Below are positions 29,701 to 43,250 of a stretch of 64,000 bases of DNA, in pieces (position 1 is the first letter of the stretch; the number at the start of each line of letters is the position of its first letter). Both the position numbers and the translations under genes were made by a program. The notes under the pieces are model-generated. The model saw only the letters and a program-made list of their open reading frames with translations, had not been told where the DNA came from and ran no database searches. This DNA is from the human T2T-CHM13v2.0 reference genome, Homo sapiens: NCBI RefSeq assembly GCF_009914755.1, contig NC_060937.1. The stretch is one strand, 5' to 3'.

Positions 29701-31302
29701 TTTTCATTGTGAAACAGTCAACATCATTCTGTTCAAGCCTTTGTTTAAGCAATCCTTAACCAGTGTAAACTGCAGCTTGAGCTTGCTGGGAGTTGACACG
29801 GCAGGTTGCGAAGGGTGGAAGGTTTCCCGACGTCCCGGCGCTATGCTCTTGAGCTTTGAGCAGGAATGTGTGCAGCCTGCAATCCCACAGGAAGCAGGGG
29901 ATCTGCAAAAACAGGAATTGAAAGGCAATTACCTGGCATCAGACTGGCACAATCTGTTCAAGGGACTTGTCCGCCGGCATGGGGTCAGTGGGAGAGGGAG
30001 CCGAGCTGGTAACAGATCCTTCCTTCAGCCTCAGCAGTTCCCAGAGACACCGACATGTTCTTGCCAGGACTTGGGGCCAGCAGAGCAGAGGGCTGCATTT
30101 TTCCATTTTTTTTTTTCATCTATGCAGAAGATTTCTATATCCAGATATGGAGGACCTACATTTTTATAAAGCAGTATGCTTTGGGGATATTTAAAATCAG
30201 CAATTTCCCTCCCTGCCTCTCCCCTGGTACACTACATTAGATGAACAATTAGTATATTAGCCACAGCCCAAGCATAAGGAAAGGGCAAACATGCAAAAAC
30301 AAGACTTACATGAAAGAGAAAATAAGAGTCTACATAGATATCAGTATGAATAGATTTCTACTTTGGAACTCCAGCTATTTCTGTTTCTGTTTTGAAATCC
30401 AACTAATATTTTTTAAAGTGAGCATACGTCATTCTTCGTATAGTATTACCATGTTATCCTGGATAAAAGACTTAAACGTACAAAAAAATACAACTCTAAG
30501 AAAGATGGCAGGGATGTATTGATGAATTAGACAATCGCAGAGCCTTCAAGCCATGATGCCTTAAATATTCCTTCAATGACTGAGGTTTGAATCTTCTAGT
30601 GCCTGTTGCAGAAAGAAAGCTTTTAGACATCTCTTAGCAAAGGGGAGCTAGTGCGCAAGTTTGCAGTAAGTATTCATCAACAGGTATGTACTTTTATTCA
30701 GTATATATGGTTTTATATAGTAGGGCAAATAGAAGACAAGCAATGACTTAAGGACTGATTTGAATAGATAGCTTTCATGGAATACAAGTTGTACGTATTT
30801 TCTACAAAATATAACCACATTAACAAGGAATAGCAGAAACGAGGCAGTTAATTATTACACCTGTACTGCACTATTTTCCTCCATAATGACAGTAAACAAA
30901 CTTATGAATTTGAGAGCCTACTATGTGCCAGGCACAACCCACCCAACCATTATGTATAGAGATAAGATTCCCATTTTCTAGATAAGCGGGTTGAAGCTTT
31001 ATATTAATTTTACCTAAACAAGTCCGCCTGGAAAAATATCAGGTATGTTGTTGAATAAAAACTGTTTTTGCTGAATAGTAGATATAGATGGTTTGTAAGC
31101 ACATGCATTAACAATGTGAACTTTTACTTGTTTGGATTTTTGCACTCTGGAGAGCAAAGAGATAGAAGAGACTTTTAAAAATCCTTTGAATTATATTTGC
31201 ATCTTATTTATTATAATACCATAAGAAATAAAGGAAGATTAAAAACAAATATAACAAGCTGAAGGAACAACATATCACCAACAGGTTATTATTAAAAAAG
31301 AT

Positions 31303-31652
<350 letters not shown>

Positions 31653-32710
31653 CTACCTCTGAGGTCAAACCAGATAGCACCATAGGCAAATGCTTCATAA
31701 TTTCCCCTGTTGTTGTTGATGTTTCTTTGTTGTTTTCCTGCTTTCAAACCTTTATCACATTTCTGCCTGCAATCCCTAATAGTTTGGGAACAAAAAGAAA
31801 ATTTACACTTTTGACATTTAAGTGAAAATGTTAGGTTGTAGACATTGATGAACTTCATTTCAAAAGGAGTGGCCAGTCCAATTCTGGTCATGAGCAAACA
31901 GAAATAACACCATGTCTGCATATCTCTCGGCCAGACAGGTTTTATGGCTTTAAAGGCTGTGATCCTTCTGAAGTATTCCCAGGAGGACAGCTTTTATCAG
32001 AGCATTGCATTAGTCATGGTTACTTTCAGAGGGAGCAAACTGCTTTCCAACACACAGAGTTTGGACAGAAAATAATCTCCTGCTTTACCCCTTGATATTT
32101 TGTGAGATTGTTACTGGCACAAATATATTCCAAGTTACCAAAGCAAAGGGCGGAAATAGATGAGATGTTTACAAGGATTCCAAAATTTGGGGTGGAAATT
32201 CTTAGTGAAAATGCCTTTGAAGATAAGAGAAGATAGACGCCAAAATCCTTGACAACTCAGGGTCAAACTACTTTCAGAGATGCCATTGAAAGGTCGCATG
32301 ACCACAGCCACGGCCATGGTGAGTGCAAAGCTGTCTAAACAGCACATTTGAACCTTCTGAGAGGATGAATTCACCTTTCCCTGCTCTCTCCACATTGATT
32401 TCAGGTTGCTGTGTTTGCTAACTTCTTTTGGTTTTATCATCAGTGTATGGATTCAGTCCCCCAAGGAGAGTTTAAAAAGAGTAAGAAGGAAACTTGCTAG
32501 TACGGCATTCTCTCCCCTTTTGGATTCAGGACATCAGTGAGCTACAGGGAGTAGATCCCAGTTGACTTTTGGCTCAGGAATTTATTAACTGGATGGCCGT
32601 AGCCTCCCTAACGCTCACTTTTCTCACAGTGAAATCAAGGGGCTTGAACTGGATCAGAACAGACAAATTACTTTCTTCAGTTTAGGAAACCCTTTATGAA
32701 AGAACATCGC

Positions 32711-33768
32711 AAATGGGATTTAATTAAATGAAAGATCTTCTGTACAGAGAAAGAAACAATCAACAGAGTTAACAGACAATGTGTAGAATGGAAAAAAAAA
32801 ATTTGCAAACTGTGCACCTGACAGAGGACTAATATCTAGAATTTACAAGGAACTCAAACAACAACAACAAATAACAATAAATAATCCCATGAAAAGTGGG
32901 CAGAGGACATGAATAAACATTTTTCAAAATAAGACAAAATGGCCAAAAAGCATATGACAAAATGCTCATCATCACTAACCATGACAGAAATGCACATTAA
33001 AACCACTATGAGGCATCGTCTTACTCCAGTCAGAATGGCTGTTATTGAAAAGACAAAAAACAACAGATTGTTAGTGAGCACACGGGTAAAAGGGAACTCT
33101 TATACACTGTGAGAAGAAATGCAAATCAGTTCAATTTTCTATGAAAACAGCATGGAGATTTCTCAAAGAGCTAAAGATAGAACAATCATTCGATCCAGTA
33201 ATCCCACTACTGGGTATCAACCCAAAGGAAAAGAAATCACATCAAAAACATACCTGCACTTGCATGTTTATCACAGCACAATTCACAATAACAAAGATGT
33301 GGAATAAACCTAAGTGTCCATCAATGAATGATTAGATAAGCAAAATTATATAGATAGATAGATACAGATATAGATATATTTACATACACACACACAAAAT
33401 AGGATACTATTCAGCCATGAAAAAGAATAAAATTATGTCTTCTGCAGCAACATGGATGGAATCAGAGGCCATTATCTTAAGTGAAACAACTCAGAAACAG
33501 AAAGACAAATATTGAATATTCTCACTTATAAGTGGGAGCTAAATGATGTGTACACATGGATGTAAGAGTGTGGAATGATAACCAGTAGACACTCAGAAGG
33601 GTGGGGAGATGGCAGAGAGTAAGGGATGAGAATTACTTAAGAAGTACAAAGTATGTTAGTCCAGTCATGTGCCCACTAAAAGCTGTGGCTTCTTCACTGC
33701 ACAGTATATCCATGTAACAAAATTGCACTTCGACTCCATAAATTTATACAAATACAAAATTTTTAAAA
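32711..33768 (+). mobile_element. L1MA2/3-type 3' portion
   Basis: ORF2 C-terminal peptides (MKTAWRFLKELKIE..FDPVIPLLGI) and L1MA 3'UTR; degenerate TSD aaagaa(c/a)atc(g/c)c. Confidence 0.85.
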
Positions 33769-34689
33769 AGAAAATCCCATCATTTAGAATAAACAAATAT
33801 AAGGCATACACTTCATACACTTATTAAAGCATTTTTCTCTGAATCAGCCTGCAAGGACTTGGAGGAAAAGCAAGGCTCATAGGTGCAAGAATGAAAAAGT
33901 CTGAGCTCTCCCAATGCTCCCAGCAAATGCTTCTCTATTCCACTGCCTTCCACTCAAGTGTGGTTCAGATTTAAAATCATTCCTTAGAGTTTTTCTTGCT
34001 TAACACTCTGGAAAAGTTTCCTCTCTGACAATGTGCTTTACATATTAAGATATATTTTGTCACTATTTCACCTCTTATATTTCCAGCCTGATATGAGTAT
34101 CAAGTAGGATGTCTGAAGATGTTAATTACAGTAATAATAGACATGGAAAATATATGGTTTGTGAATTTTGATTTTAGACATAATAGAGAAATAAAGTCAG
34201 ATATTCCAATAAACCATCAAGGCAGCCATTGTTTATTCTAAACCCAAACTGAAGAGGGAATTGCTGGTGAGACTTTCAGTAGCCCATGGATGCCAACTCA
34301 TTCACTGTCATAATTGGTGGAAATTTAAGCTGTTTGAGACTTACAATAAGCTCTCATGCTTATGTGGCCCTTTAAAGACCATACTATAAGGCTTCACATT
34401 TCTTTCATTTGCCAGAGGAGGTTCACACCCATTTTATGAATGAAAAATAAGTGGAGGTAGGAAAGATTAAATGATTGGCCTACATTTGCTCATTAAGTTT
34501 GTTCATGGTACACAGGATGAAAATTTGAAGTCACCTGAAAGCAGGGTTTTATTGTGCTTATTTCTACACCAGTGTTTTTCTCAATAATCTGGCTAGGGCC
34601 TATAATAAGAACATTTTACAAGTGACCTAATAAAGATTCACACCCACAGAACTCAAAAAAGAATTTCATGAAACAAATTTTAGTCTTTA

Positions 34690-34760
34690 TTTTTTCTTTT
34701 TCTTCTTCTTCTTCTTTTTTTTTTTTTTTTTTTTTGGTTGTTGTTGTTGTTTGTTTGTTC
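34690..34760. repeat. T-rich simple repeat (TTC)n/(T)n/(TTG)n
   Basis: Directly visible. Confidence 0.9.
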
Positions 34761-35403
34761 CCTCTCATTCTCTTTTTCCTTTTTGGCATGATTTCAGTTA
34801 CTTTTTATTTAAAACCAAAATATTTATTTGGACTCATTAATTGATTTCCCAACCCTCTAGGATGTCAGGTACTCAGATGGAAAAATACCCCTTTAAATTG
34901 TAGGCTCTCACAGGCCCTTTTGGCAGCAGTCTTGTTCTATGAAGTTTTTAGAAAAATAAAGCAGTAAGAATGATGCTTTCAATATAAGTTTGGCAGCAGA
35001 ACTTTCTAGGGAAAAACTCTTTTCTCTGACAACAAATTCTTACTACTATTTTGGATGGGAGTCCCACTGCTTCCTCACCCCAGCCACCTTCCTCTTTTGA
35101 AACAATGATGATACTATCTCACAATTATTTTTGTTTTTTAACACTTCTACTTAGACATAATTAAACAGTTGCCAATTTTGTATAAGGTCTCTAAATTTTA
35201 TTTGTTGTTGTTAGAAGTTTTGGTTACTATTGAAATGTTGATGTCTGTGGATATTTTTAGGTACTTGAAGTCTTGCTGCCTGAAAGCAACTAAACATGAC
35301 CGTAGTATCTCCCTACTGCTGCTCTCGCAGGACCCTCACACACCTCTAATTCATGAACGTGTCTTGAAAAGCCTGACTTTGCCAAAAGAATGTACTGTTC
35401 TTT

Positions 35404-35633
35404 TTTTTCCTTCAACTTTTATTTTAAGTTCAAGGGCTCATGTGCAGGATATGTAGGTTTGTTACATGAGCAAACATGTGCCATGGTGGTTTGCTCTACA
35501 GATCATACCATCACCTAGGTGTTAAGCCCAGCATCCATTAGCTATTCTTCCTGACGCTCTCCCTCCTCCCACCCCCACCGTCTGACAGGACCCAGTGTGT
35601 GTTGTTCCGCACATGTGTGCATGTGTTCTCATC
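35404..35633 (-). mobile_element. L1PA8-10-type 3' end
   Basis: Antisense 3'UTR; 18-bp TSD aagaatgtactgttcttt at 35386-35403 and 35634-35651. Confidence 0.9.
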
Positions 35634-35784
35634 AAGAATGTACTGTTCTTTCAATCAATTAGAAATAACTATTTTTTAATTCAGAAAAGTGAATTTTCCT
35701 GAGAAATATTCAATAGGGTGAGGCTTACACAGTTTTGTTATTGTTGTTACAGACCCCTGTTTAAATCTGTTGAAAGTTCTAAAT

Positions 35785-36623
35785 CAGGGCTATCCAAAAA
35801 GTTAGACACTAGTCACATGTGGCTCATCAGCATTTGAGATGTGGTTAGTGTGACACCGGGAGTGAATTTTTCAATTTGATTTGATTACAGTTTATTTATA
35901 TTTAAATTTGAAAACTGATACTCGACGAGTTACTGGAAAATCTTTAAGTATATTTAGAACAACATGAGTATGTGACTACTTTTTATAAAACAAAAATACA
36001 TATCAAATATTTACAATGAAAATATGGCATTTGAATTGAGATGCACTGTAAGTATAGAATACACTCTGATTTCAAAGACTTAGAAAAACAACGCAAAATC
36101 GGTGACTAATAATTATGTGTTGATTTCACAATGAAATGATATTTTGAATATGTTAAGTTTTAAGGCAATGGTCCCCAACCTTTTTGGCACCAGGGACCGA
36201 TTCCATGGAAGACAATTTTTCCACAGACTGGGCGGAAGGGGTATGGTTTTGGGATGAAACTGCTCCACCTCAGATCATCAGGTATTAGGTAGATTCTCAT
36301 AAGGAGTGCGCAACCTAGATCCCTTGCTTGCGCAGTTCGCAATTGGGTTCGTGCTCCTATGAGAATCTAACATGGCCGCTGATCTGACAGAAGGCGGAGC
36401 TCAGGCGATCATGCTCACTCACCCACCACCCACCTCCTGCTGTGCGGCCTGGATTCTAACAGGCCACAGGCTGGTACCGGCCCACAGCCTGGGGTCTGAG
36501 GACCCCCTGAAATAAGGTACAGAATTAAAATAAACTTTACAGTTTCTTTTTACTTTTACTGTAGCTGCTAGTCAACTGAAATTACATACGCTGCCCATAT
36601 GATATATTCATTGGACAGTGCCG
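35785..36623. mobile_element. MER33/Charlie-family hAT DNA transposon, interrupted by MER1B
   Basis: Ends cagggctatccaa...ttggacagtgccg; internal ctagtcacatgtggct and gatttcaaagacttag motifs. Confidence 0.75.
36166..36509. mobile_element. MER1B (hAT-Charlie MITE)
   Basis: ggtccccaacctttttggcaccagggacc...agattctcataaggagtgcgcaacctagatccc...gaccccctg; about 340 bp. Confidence 0.9.
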
Positions 36624-37199
36624 ATCTCAACCTTTCCCTCTTCCCAGTCTCCACACATCCCCAAACATCAAAACGATGCCTACAAATTCAGGATGAATAG
36701 ACTCTCTGAAGCATAATCATAAGTTCCTGTCCAGTCATCTCAAGTAAAAAGCTGTCAATGTATTATTATCATCTCTGTTGTACAGAAGTGGAAACTGGAT
36801 CTCTGGAAAATTTAGCGACTTGCTGTAGGTCAGCTAGTAAGTGCCAAAGCTGGAGTAAACCCAGGTTTAATTACTTCCATTAATTTCCTCTTTATTGGCA
36901 CTTACATATATAAATTCCCATTTTACCTACATGTATTCATTATCAACTTTTCAAATTAGTTTTTATGAAAAGCGTATATACATACCAGACCCAATAACAC
37001 TTAAAAATGTTGTGAAGACTTTGAAAACAATTATTCATATGTGGACCCTACCATTACTAAGGCCACAATTAATACATTTAGAATATATAAAAGTGAATTA
37101 AGAGTATTTTATTTACCAAAGGATATTATATTCCCTATTTATATAGTTTAATGTATTCCACATATAAAAAGACTGTTACTAACAATGGTTACCATATAG

Positions 37200-37450
37200 T
37201 GGATGTTGATTCTGTGTTAGGAATGTTTGCTAATGCTTTAAATATATTGTTTCATTTAATCCTCAAAACAACCACTCAATAATAATTTCATATAATCAAT
37301 AATAATTTCACCAGGTCATTTGAATTGTATATACAGTCCATAAGATTAAAAACTTTATGACACTAAGTGAACTTACCCAGGTCACATTGAGGGAGGAAGA
37401 GCCGCCAAGCTTTAACCCAGGTCTCTCCAACTCCAAGTCTGATCCTCTTA
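37200..37450 (-). mobile_element. MIR fragment
   Basis: tcatttaatcctcaaaacaacc...aacttacccaggtcaca...ctccaagtc. Other weak MIR pieces lie near 6590-6710, 32540-32660, 36760-36870, 38330-38450 and 45950-46100. Confidence 0.6.
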
Positions 37451-39771
37451 ATCCTGCCTGCATGTACTATGTGTTAATAAAAAATCTCTTGACATGCAGG
37501 TTCCATCTCTGTACCTGTGTCAGTCATCTAGTTTTAAAACCAGTAGGAAAAAGTATATGTGCGAAATAAACTAAATGGGATGGTTTTAACTTACCTTGTG
37601 TGATTGATAGAAAGCTTCTATAGAAGAAATAAGCAAACTTAATCAAAAGGAAATTGGCATGTCTATTGTTAGAAATAAAAATGGCTGGTTGTGATCATTT
37701 AGAATATTTACCTATTTAATGAATTTGTGTTTTAATTTTAAGATGGTAAACGAAAATGATCTCTACGTAGATTCTGACTCCCGATCTACATGATGGAATA
37801 GAATTATCAAATGAGAGAAAGATAAGATAAAGACATACAGAAGAAGATGATAGATTAGAAGGGGAAAATAAAGCATTTAAAAAATTATGGCAACATTTAA
37901 AAAGTCAAAGTATCAAATATGTGACCCTAAATTAGTTCAGTTTCCCCTTCTGTAAAATTGGCATTTAATATATCAGTCTCAATGCACACTATACTCAATG
38001 TCAGCTTTTAGTTTAAACTTTAGTACTCACAGGGCTGTGCTCATGTGAGCATTAGTGTTAGAGGGTATCACACAGTGGAGACATAGGTGATTAGCTACAT
38101 GTTCTCTCTAACTCCACCCAAAATTGTGTTCAAAAAGTGCAACACGGTCTGGTCAATCAGAAAAGAGACAGAAAGCTACAGGGGATACACAAAGAAGATT
38201 GACTGTAGAGGTGGAGAGGTGGCTGGAGCTGAAAGCATCCTTTGTTCCTGGCAGATGACTGGTTCAAATGGCAATCCAAATATGTCCAGGAAGTAGCCAC
38301 ACTATGTGAGCCACACTATGTAACATCTGTAAATAGACTTCCTGGGTACAAAACCCAGCTAGCTATTCACTTATTAGTCGTGTGTCCTTGAGTAAGTTAT
38401 GTAACCTCCCTAGGCCTTGGTTTCCTCACTTGTAAATTGGACTAATAATAAGCAAGGGGCATTGGGCTGAGAACTAAGGTTGTGGGTACCATCCAGATGT
38501 GCCATAGAGATAAAAATGGTGTAAGAAGAGGACACACGTGTGAATCCATCAGATGGAGAGGACTGAGGAGCATCAAGGCACTGAAGGGCCCTTGGGGCTG
38601 CAATATAGAGTGTGGCATAGAAATAATATAGCTGAAGCTGGAGAGGGAGGCTGTGATCAGGATTTTATCCCACGCCCAAGAAAAAGCCAGGAAATGCACT
38701 CTGGGTTAAGACCCACATGTCTCTCACCAGAACAATGCAGTAACCTCCAGCCCAGTTTCAAAGACTTTAAGCTTGCCCTCTACTAATTTTATAGGCTGCT
38801 GTGAGGTTAATCTTCCCAAAGTCATGGTCTGATTAAAACATTGCCCTTCTTGTTCAGAATTCAATCCAGTGCCTTGGGTAGACATTGAAGGTCAAGTCAA
38901 CTCCACCTGACATTTCCAGAATTATTTCTCAGTATTTTTGCTTCTAATCAACCTCACCATGTTCTAGAACTCACTATTATGTAGGCAGAAATACCAAAAG
39001 CTGGTTCTTGGAAAAGATCATTAAAATCATTAAGGCTCTAGCCAGGCTAACTTAGAAAAAATGGGAGAAAACACAAAATACTACTATCAGATATGAAAGA
39101 TGAGCACTATTACAAATTCCATGGACATTAAAATATAATCAAGGAATACTGGAAATAATTTTATGCCCACAAATTTGATAACCTAAATCAAATGAATCAA
39201 TTCCTTATGAGACACAATCTGCCAAAACTCACAGAAGAATAAATATACAATCTACTAAAGAGACCCATCTATATTAAAGAAGTTGAATCAGTAATAACTT
39301 TCCAAAACAGGAAGCAGAAGGTCCAGATAGATTCACTGGTGAATTCTCCTAAACAGCTAAAATCTCTTCCAGAATACAGAAGAAAAGAGCATACTTTCTA
39401 ACTCACTGTATAAAGCCATCACCGCCCTAATTCCAAAACCAGATCAGGACTTTACAAGAAAATAAAACTACAGACCAGTATCTCTCATGAACATAGTGCA
39501 AAAATCCTCAACAAAATATTAACAAATCAAATTTAACAAAATATAAAAATAATTACACACCATGACCAAGTGTGATTTATGCCCAGATATGAAAAATGTA
39601 TTCAGTATTTGAAGATTGATTAATGTGATTCATTTTATCAACAAGCTAAAGAAGAAAAATCATATGATCATATCAATCCATATAGTATTTGACAAACCAG
39701 CAGTCATACATGATAAAATCTCTCAGCAGACTAAGAATAAAGGGGAACTTCTTCGACTGGATAAAGGACAT

Positions 39772-40172
39772 TGATATGATTTAAATGTCTGCCCCCTCCA
39801 CAACTCATGCTGAAATTTAATTGCCAACGTAATGGTATTGGAAGATGGTGCCTTTAAGAGGTGATTAGACCATGAGGGATCTGCCCTCCTGGCTGAGTTT
39901 AAAGCCTTTTAAAAAGGCTTTCAGGAATGGATTTCTTGCCTTCCCCTTCTGTTCTTCTGCCATGTGTGTGGCAGCATCCCTACCCTCTGGAGGATACGGC
40001 ACTTAAGACCCTATCTTGGACATGGACACTGGGCTCTCACCAGACACCAAACCTGCCAGCACCTTGATCTTGGACTCTCCGGCCTCTAGGACTGTGAGAA
40101 ATAAATTTCCGTCCTTTATAGATTACCCAGTCTGTGGCATTCTGTTGTAGCAACACAAAATGGACTAAGACA
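39772..40172 (+). mobile_element. MST-type MaLR solo LTR
   Basis: tgatatgatttaaatgtc...ctgtgagaaataaattt...aaatggactaagaca; degenerate 5-bp TSD gacat/aatat. Confidence 0.88.
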
Positions 40173-40335
40173 AATATTTACAATAAACCTAGAGCTAGCA
40201 TTATATTTAATGATGATAAACTAGAAGTAGCTTTCCTTCTAAGGTAGGAAATATATAAGACTGTTCTTTCTCATCATTTCTTTTTGAAATTATACTGGAA
40301 GTCCTAGATAATGCAATAAGGCAAGAAAATGAAAT

Positions 40336-40391
40336 GATAGATAGATAGATATAGATAGATTAGATAGACTGATAGATAGAGATAGATATAG
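40336..40391. repeat. (GATA)n-type microsatellite
   Basis: Directly visible. Confidence 0.9.
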
Positions 40392-40861
40392 AGAAGGAAG
40401 AACTAAAACTGCATTTATTCACAAATAACATGATTATTTATGTAGAAATCCTGAAAGTCTTGACAAAAATCTCCTGGAACCAATAAGCAATTATTGCAAG
40501 GTTGTAGGATACAAGGTTAATATTCAAAAAGCCATCATTTTCCTATATGCCATGAATGAGCAGGTGGAATTTGAAATTACAAACACAATACCATTTACAT
40601 TAGCATCCCCAAAATAAAATACTTAGGTATAAATCTAACAAAATGGATACAAGATCTGCATGAGAAAAATTGCAAAAATTATCAGAGAAATCAAGGAATA
40701 ACCAAATAAATGGAGGGATAGTTCATATTCATGGATGGTAAGAATCAATGTTGTAAAGATGTCAGTTCTTCCCAACTTGATTTTAGATTTATTACAATTC
40801 CAATCAAAATCTCAGCAAGTGATTTTGTGGATACTGACAAACTTATTCTAAAATTTACATG

Positions 40862-41329
40862 TGTATTAGTCAGGATTCTTCAGAAGGACAGAACTAATAG
40901 GATAGAGGTATATATAAAGGGGAGTTTATTAAGGAGTGTAACTCAGATGATCACAAGGTCCCACAATAGGCCATTTGCAAGCCAAAGAGCAAGCAAGGCA
41001 GTCCGAGTCCTAAAGCTGAAGAACCTGGAGTCCGACGTTCAAGGGCAGGAAGCATCCAGCAAGGGAGAAAGATGTAGGCTGAGAGGCTAAGCCAGTCTAG
41101 TCTTTTCAGGTTTTGTTTTTTTTTTTTTTTTTTTTTTCTGTCTGCTTTTATTCTGGTCACGCTGGCAGCTGATTAGATGGTGCCCACCCAGACTGAGGGT
41201 GGGTCTGCCTTTCCCAATCCACTGAGTCAAATGTTAATCTCCTGTAGCAACACCCTCACAAACACACCTGGGAACAATACTTTGTATCCTTCAATAAAAT
41301 CAAGTTGACACTCAGTATTAACCATCACA
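40862..41329 (-). mobile_element. MLT2A (HERV-L) solo LTR
   Basis: tgtattagtcaggattct...gacagaactaataggatag...caagttgacactcagtattaaccatcaca; TSD acatg/acagg. Confidence 0.92.
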
Positions 41330-41334
41330 ACAGG

Positions 41335-41779
41335 TGTATTAAAATTTTTTGAAACTTTATATTTTCCCTAAAATAGGCTGTGAACACCCTGCCCAGGTGA
41401 CCAGGTGCACTAGTTAATAAGAGTGGTTCTTGCCAAAAGTTCCCCTTCTTGCCCTTCCCTGTCTGTGACCTAAGATCACTCAAATCCATCAATGAAATCC
41501 CCTCATGTCTTTGTGTGCTCCCTCTAGCTCCTAAGAAAGGCACTGGCTCACAGATCCTCTCTCCTTTTTGGTTCCGAACCTGCCTAGCTGAGCTTGCTCC
41601 CCTGGCACTCCTTGCATATGGCCCCCTGCATGGCCTGCCATGCCACAGATCCTCTCCAGGATTTGTGAGTATGATGAGTACTTTAATTTCACATGCATCT
41701 TAAGTGTAATTTCCATGGCTGTGTTGGTATGATCCTTAAAGACCCCAGAAAGGGGACTTGCTCCCTCATTTATGACATA
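41335..41779 (+). mobile_element. Solo LTR of undetermined family
   Basis: About 445-bp non-L1 insert starting tgtatt that interrupts colinear L1 (aaatttacatg...atatggagaggcaaaagacccagaatagcc). Orientation uncertain. Confidence 0.6.
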
Positions 41780-42974
41780 ATATGGAGAGGCAAAAGACCC
41801 AGAATAGCCAACACTATATTAGGGAGAAGAACAAAATTGAGAGAATGACACTACCTGACTTTAAAATTATTATAAAGGTATGGTAATCAGGATGGTGTGG
41901 TATTGGCAGAAGAATGGAAAAATGATCAATGAAACAAAATAGATACTCCAGAAATAGATTAATTTAAACATAGCGAACTGATCTTCAACAAAGGAGCAAA
42001 GACAGTATAATGGAGAAAAGATAGTCTTTTCAGCAAATGGTGTTGAACCAACCTGCACACGTACCCCCTGAATTTGAAAGTTGTAATTATTTAAAACAAC
42101 AAAAACAAAAACAGGACATTCACATAAAAAAGAGTCTAAGCATTGTCCTTACACTCTTCAAAAAAAAAAATAATTTAAAATGTATCATAGACCTAAATGT
42201 AAAACGTAAAATTATAAAACTCTTAGAAGATAATGTAGAAGAAAATCTAGGCGACCTTGGGTTTAGCAATGACTTTTTTAGGTAAAACACCAAAAGCATG
42301 ATCCACAAAAGAAATAATTGATAAGCTTGACTTCATTAAAATTAAGAACTTGTATTCTGCAAAAGACAATGTCAAGAGAATGAGAAGACAAGCTATGGGC
42401 TGACATAAATACTTATAAAAAACATGTAATAGAGGACTATTATCTACAATATACAAAGAAATCTTAAAACTTAAGAAAATGAACAACCCATTAAAAACGG
42501 GGCAAAAGATATGAACATATAACTGGCCAAAGATATACAGAGGGCAAATGCACATATGAAAACATGCTGAACATTGTATGTCTTTAAGAAATGGCAAATT
42601 AAAATAACAATGAGATGCCACTACGCACCAATCAGAATGGCCAAAATCCAGAACATTGACAACACCAAAATGCTGGTGAAGATGTGGAGCAAAATGGTAC
42701 AGCCGCTTTGTGTGGAAGACACTTTGTCAGTTTCATATAAAAGTAAACATATTCTTAACACTACTATCCAGCATTTGTGCTTTTTGATCTTTACTCAAAT
42801 GAGCTAAACATTTATGTCCACAGAAAAACCTGCACATGAATGTTTACAGCAACTTTATTCATCTTTGTCAAAGTTTGGAAGCAACCAAGATGTCTTCCAG
42901 TGGGTGAATGGATGAATAAAGTGTGGTAAATCCAGACAATGGAATACTACTCAGCGCCAATAAGAAATGAATTA

Positions 42975-43250
<276 letters not shown>

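Noticed and set aside
28976-30169. ORFs of 87-142 aa in the CpG-retaining region
   Set aside because: No recognisable homology or domain; overlapping ORFs on both strands are expected from the higher GC content.
32135-32337. Plus-strand reading ...RIPKFGVE...SHDHSHGHG with a GTGAGT donor, reminiscent of His-rich zinc-transporter loops
   Set aside because: In-frame stop, no good acceptor and no other transporter-like sequence; likely chance.
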